Assembly: GCA_013140805.1 (NCBI GenBank)
Contig: JABFRW010000215.1
Span: 1 to 21,158 of the forward strand
Reading direction: 5' to 3'
Origin: Candidatus Eiseniibacteriota bacterium
GTDB lineage: Bacteria > Eisenbacteria > RBG-16-71-46
Length of the DNA: 21,158 nucleotides
This document shows positions 18,537-21,158 of this stretch, piece after piece. A program made the translations under genes and the position numbers. Numbering within the stretch: the stretch's first letter is position 1; each line of letters opens with the position of its first letter. Under the pieces are notes generated by a model. It was not told the origin of the DNA. It searched no databases and saw only the letters and a list, made by a program, of their open reading frames with translations.

Positions 18537-18839
18537 ATGACCAAGGCTGACCTCGTCGAGCAGATCGCCATTGATACGGGCGTTTCGAAGAATCACACCG
18601 CCCTGATCGTGGACGGAATGCTCGACGCCATCTGCCGTGCGTTGAGCGACGGGAAGCATCTCGAAATCCGGGGATTCGGCACCTTCAAGGTGCGCGAGCG
18701 CCGCGCTCGCCGAGCGCGCAATCCGCGCAGCGGTACCGAAGTCATGGTGCCCGCGAAACTGGTGCCCGTTTTCAAGCCGAGCAAAGAACTCAAGGCTCAC
18801 GTGGTCGAAGTCGAGACCCCCGAGCCGGTCGCAAGCTAG
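18537..18839 (+). CDS. HU/IHF-family nucleoid-associated DNA-binding protein (100 aa)
   Basis: MTKADLVEQIAIDTGVSKNHTALIVDGMLDAICRALSDGKHLEIRGFGTFKVRERRARRARNPRSGTEVMVPAKLVPVFKPSKELK fits the HU/IHF pattern, including the GFGTF..R.AR.ARNP..G arm. SD GGGAGGG lies 7 nt upstream of ATG 18537. Confidence 0.8.
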   Translation: MTKADLVEQIAIDTGVSKNHTALIVDGMLDAICRALSDGKHLEIRGFGTFKVRERRARRARNPRSGTEVMVPAKLVPVFKPSKELKAHVVEVETPEPVAS

Positions 18840-18859
18840 ACCCCTAGGGAGGAGTTGGA

Positions 18860-18955
18860 ATGGGATCGGGTAAGAAGCGCAAGCGTAAGAAAATCGCGAC
18901 GCACAAGCGTAAGAAGCGCCTGCGGAAGAACCGCCATAAGAAGCGCGTCCGCTAG
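18860..18955 (+). CDS. bS22-like small ribosomal protein (31 aa, extremely basic), not present in the ORF track
   Basis: ATG 18860 has a strong SD GGGAGGAG 6 nt upstream. The translation is MGSGKKRKRKKIATHKRKKRLRKNRHKKRVR. This closely resembles the actinobacterial/Bacteroidetes 30S protein bS22, which I recall as [33 protein letters not shown]. The stop is TAG 18953-18955. Confidence 0.6.
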   Translation: MGSGKKRKRKKIATHKRKKRLRKNRHKKRVR

Positions 18956-18989
18956 TGATCGTCGCGCCGGCTCCCCGGAGGAGCCGGCG

Positions 18990-20705
18990 CTGCGCCTCGT
19001 CGGCCGCGCGTGGGAGACGCGCGGCCGATGGATCTTCGAGCCCTCCAAACGCAGTCGCAGTGGTGTGCGCGAATTGCGCTGGCCGGGGCGTCAGCCGCCC
19101 GATCCCGGGGACTTCTGTGTCGCCGAGCTCGACGAGGAGGGGATCTACCACCTCGTCGAGTTGCTGGGTGCCGATGATCGACCCGCGTGGGACGACGTGG
19201 CGGTGGTCTCGCAATTTCGACTGCCGACCCGCTTTCCGCGCGAGGTCCTCGATGAGGCGTCCGCGTTTCAGGAACCCGACGATGCGGAGCGCCAGGGTCG
19301 CGAGGACCTGCGCGACTCCTGGTGCGCGACCATCGACCCCGAGGACGCACGCGATCACGACGATGCCCTCTCGCTGACGCCCATCGGGCGCGGGCGTTCC
19401 GAGGTCGGCATCCACATCGCCGACGTCTCGCACTACGTCCGCCCCGACACGGCGCTCGACCGCGAGGCGCTCGCGCGTGGAACCAGCTGCTATCTGCCGG
19501 GCGGTGTCGTGCCGATGCTCCCCGAACACCTGTCGTCGGAATTGTGCTCGCTGCTGCCCGATCGAGATCGGCTCGCGGTGTCGGTGTTCGTGACGCTCGA
19601 CTCGAAGGGTGAACTGCACGGAGTTCGGTTCGCCGAAACCGTGATCCGGAGTCGCCAGCGGCTCGACTACGGCCGCGTTCAGGCGGCCCTGGACGGGAAG
19701 CAGCCGCTTACGGCCGAAGTTCAGGAGCCGATCGAGGGCCTGATGGAACTGGCTCGAGCGCTCCGCCGTCGGCGCTTCGCCAATGGGGCATTGGCGCTCG
19801 AAGTTCCCGAGGTCAAGGCGTGGGTCGACGAGCAGGGCATGCCGGTTCGAATCGAACGCCGCCCGCACCTCGAAAGCCACGAGCTGATCGAGGAGTTCAT
19901 GTTGCTCGCGAATCGTTGTGTGGGCGTCGAAGGCGCTGCGCGCGCGAGCGGACTGCTCTACCGAGTCCACGAACGCCCGCACGAGCGCAAGCTGGTGGAC
20001 CTCGACCGCATGCTCAAGACACTCGGCCTGCCGCGGCCGGCGCGGACGGACGACCCGGCGCAGGCGCTCCAGGCACTGTTACGCGTGAAACTCGATCCGC
20101 CTCATCGACGCCTGCTGCATCGCCTCGTCCTGCGAACGTTGCCACGCGCCCGCTATCTGGAACGCGATCTCGGTCACTTCGGACTCGCAACCACGCAGTA
20201 CGCGCACTTCACGTCGCCGATCCGGCGCTATCCGGACCTCCACAATCACCGACGGGTGAAGGAGTGGGTCCGCGAACAGCGCAGCGCGGCGTGGGATCCG
20301 CATGCGCTCGAGCGACTCGCGGATCGCTGCAGCGCCACGGAGCAGAACGCGACCGATGCCGAGCGCGAGGGGGTGAGGGTCAAGAGCTTGCGCTCACTCG
20401 AGGGGCGACTCGGAGAGCAGGCTTCGGGTATCATCACCGGCCTGATTCCTCAAGGCTTCTTCGTGGAGCTGGAAGACGCGCCGGTGGATGGCTTCGTACG
20501 CCCGTCGCAATGGCTCGACGATTATTTTCTACTGGATCCCTCGGGCGTTCGATTGGTGGGCCGCCGCACGCGTCGAAGCTTCAGTCTCGGCGATACCGTG
20601 CGTGTGACGGTGGCTCGCGTCGACGTACCGGCTCGCGAGTGCGACTTCGCACTCGATGCACCGATGTCGCGCCGGCGTGTCCGCGCGCGAAGGAGACACG
20701 GATGA
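18990..20705 (+). CDS. RNase II/RNase R-family 3'-5' exoribonuclease (RNB domain + C-terminal S1 domain); start uncertain, proposed CTG
   Basis: The RNB catalytic motif is IDPEDARDHDDALS. An N-terminal cold-shock-like strand is RLVGRAWETRGRWIFEP. The C-terminal S1-like segment is GIITGLIPQGFFVELE...GDTVRVTVARVD. After the bS22 stop, the only in-frame start-like codon with an SD (GGAGGAG, 6 nt upstream) is CTG 18990. The track ORF from TTG 18855 would overlap bS22. Confidence 0.7.
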   Translation: MRLVGRAWETRGRWIFEPSKRSRSGVRELRWPGRQPPDPGDFCVAELDEEGIYHLVELLGADDRPAWDDVAVVSQFRLPTRFPREVLDEASAFQEPDDAERQGREDLRDSWCATIDPEDARDHDDALSLTPIGRGRSEVGIHIADVSHYVRPDTALDREALARGTSCYLPGGVVPMLPEHLSSELCSLLPDRDRLAVSVFVTLDSKGELHGVRFAETVIRSRQRLDYGRVQAALDGKQPLTAEVQEPIEGLMELARALRRRRFANGALALEVPEVKAWVDEQGMPVRIERRPHLESHELIEEFMLLANRCVGVEGAARASGLLYRVHERPHERKLVDLDRMLKTLGLPRPARTDDPAQALQALLRVKLDPPHRRLLHRLVLRTLPRARYLERDLGHFGLATTQYAHFTSPIRRYPDLHNHRRVKEWVREQRSAAWDPHALERLADRCSATEQNATDAEREGVRVKSLRSLEGRLGEQASGIITGLIPQGFFVELEDAPVDGFVRPSQWLDDYFLLDPSGVRLVGRRTRRSFSLGDTVRVTVARVDVPARECDFALDAPMSRRRVRARRRHG

Positions 20706-21158
20706 CCCCAGCTCCGCGGAAGCTCGAACGTCGCGTCAGTACGCGCGCCGATGCGCAACTCAGCATGCGACTCGGTGGCGCGGTCGGAATGACGGAAGCC
20801 CCGGCGTTCGTGACCGAAACGCAGAACGTGTCGTCGAGCGGTGTGTACTGTCTGTCGCCCCACTACCTCGCGCCACTTTCGAAGGTCGATCTCACGCTCG
20901 TGCTTCCGCAGGCGGCCGGCGCTCGCAAGGGCGAGAAGCTGCTCAAGTGCGAGGCGGTGGTCGTTCGGTGCCTTCAGACCGCTCACGCCACCCGGGATGC
21001 GCGATTCGAGCTGGCGTGCAGTTTCCTCGGACTCGAAGAAGCGCATCGGCGCATGCTCGAAGAGTTCGTGACCTATCGGAATCTCAAGGCGCTCGCGAAC
21101 GCGACGCGCGGGGTCGGTCGTGGCTCGACCGCCGTGCGCCGGCCGGCCAGCGCCAGGT
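20702..21158 (+). CDS. PilZ domain-containing protein (putative c-di-GMP receptor), 3' partial
   Basis: ATG 20702 forms an ATGA overlap with the RNase stop. The translation MTPAPRKLERRVSTRAD...TQNVSSSGVYC carries the RxxxR and [D/N]xSxxG PilZ motifs. The ORF is open to the window end. Confidence 0.5.
   Translation, partial: MTPAPRKLERRVSTRADAQLSMRLGGAVGMTEAPAFVTETQNVSSSGVYCLSPHYLAPLSKVDLTLVLPQAAGARKGEKLLKCEAVVVRCLQTAHATRDARFELACSFLGLEEAHRRMLEEFVTYRNLKALANATRGVGRGSTAVRRPASAR

Noticed and set aside
18855-18989. TTG-initiated 5' extension of the RNase ORF given in the track (18855..20705)
   Set aside because: It would run in a different frame straight through a small ORF with a perfect SD and bS22-like sequence. 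Its translated extension (MEWDRVRSASVRKSRRTSVRSACG...) is low-complexity. Start relocated downstream.

Overview
This is high-GC (~68-70%) bacterial chromosomal DNA, and every gene I can support is on the + strand, mostly with overlapping or abutting start/stop codons. The genes, in order, are:
(1) the C-terminal end of a glycine-cleavage P-protein gene.
(2) two small hypothetical genes coupled to a 602-aa GlmL/MutL-family ASKHA ATPase and a 373-aa partner of unknown function.
(3) a four-gene operon of membrane proteins of unknown function, whose first member carries a signal peptide and an FN3-like ectodomain.
(4) a lipoate-protein-ligase-family gene.
(5) a complete five-gene family-5 (peptide/nickel type) ABC importer: lipoprotein SBP, two permeases, two ATPases.
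(6) a ~640-bp non-coding spacer with lower GC.
(7) a compact bacterial microcompartment (BMC) operon. It holds two BMC-H genes, a BMC-P, a CoA-acylating aldehyde dehydrogenase with an N-terminal encapsulation-peptide-like helix, a tandem-domain BMC-T, and two more BMC-P. The window contains no signature enzyme, phosphotransacylase or alcohol dehydrogenase, so this looks like an incomplete-core or satellite metabolosome locus.
(8) an HU/IHF-family gene.
(9) a 31-aa, extremely basic bS22-like ribosomal protein gene that is absent from the supplied ORF track.
(10) an RNase II/R-family exoribonuclease gene, which probably has a non-canonical start.
(11) the start of a PilZ-domain gene.
I found no tRNA or rRNA genes, no CRISPR array and no mobile elements. 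The BMC locus, its long leader and the hidden bS22 gene are the most interesting parts.
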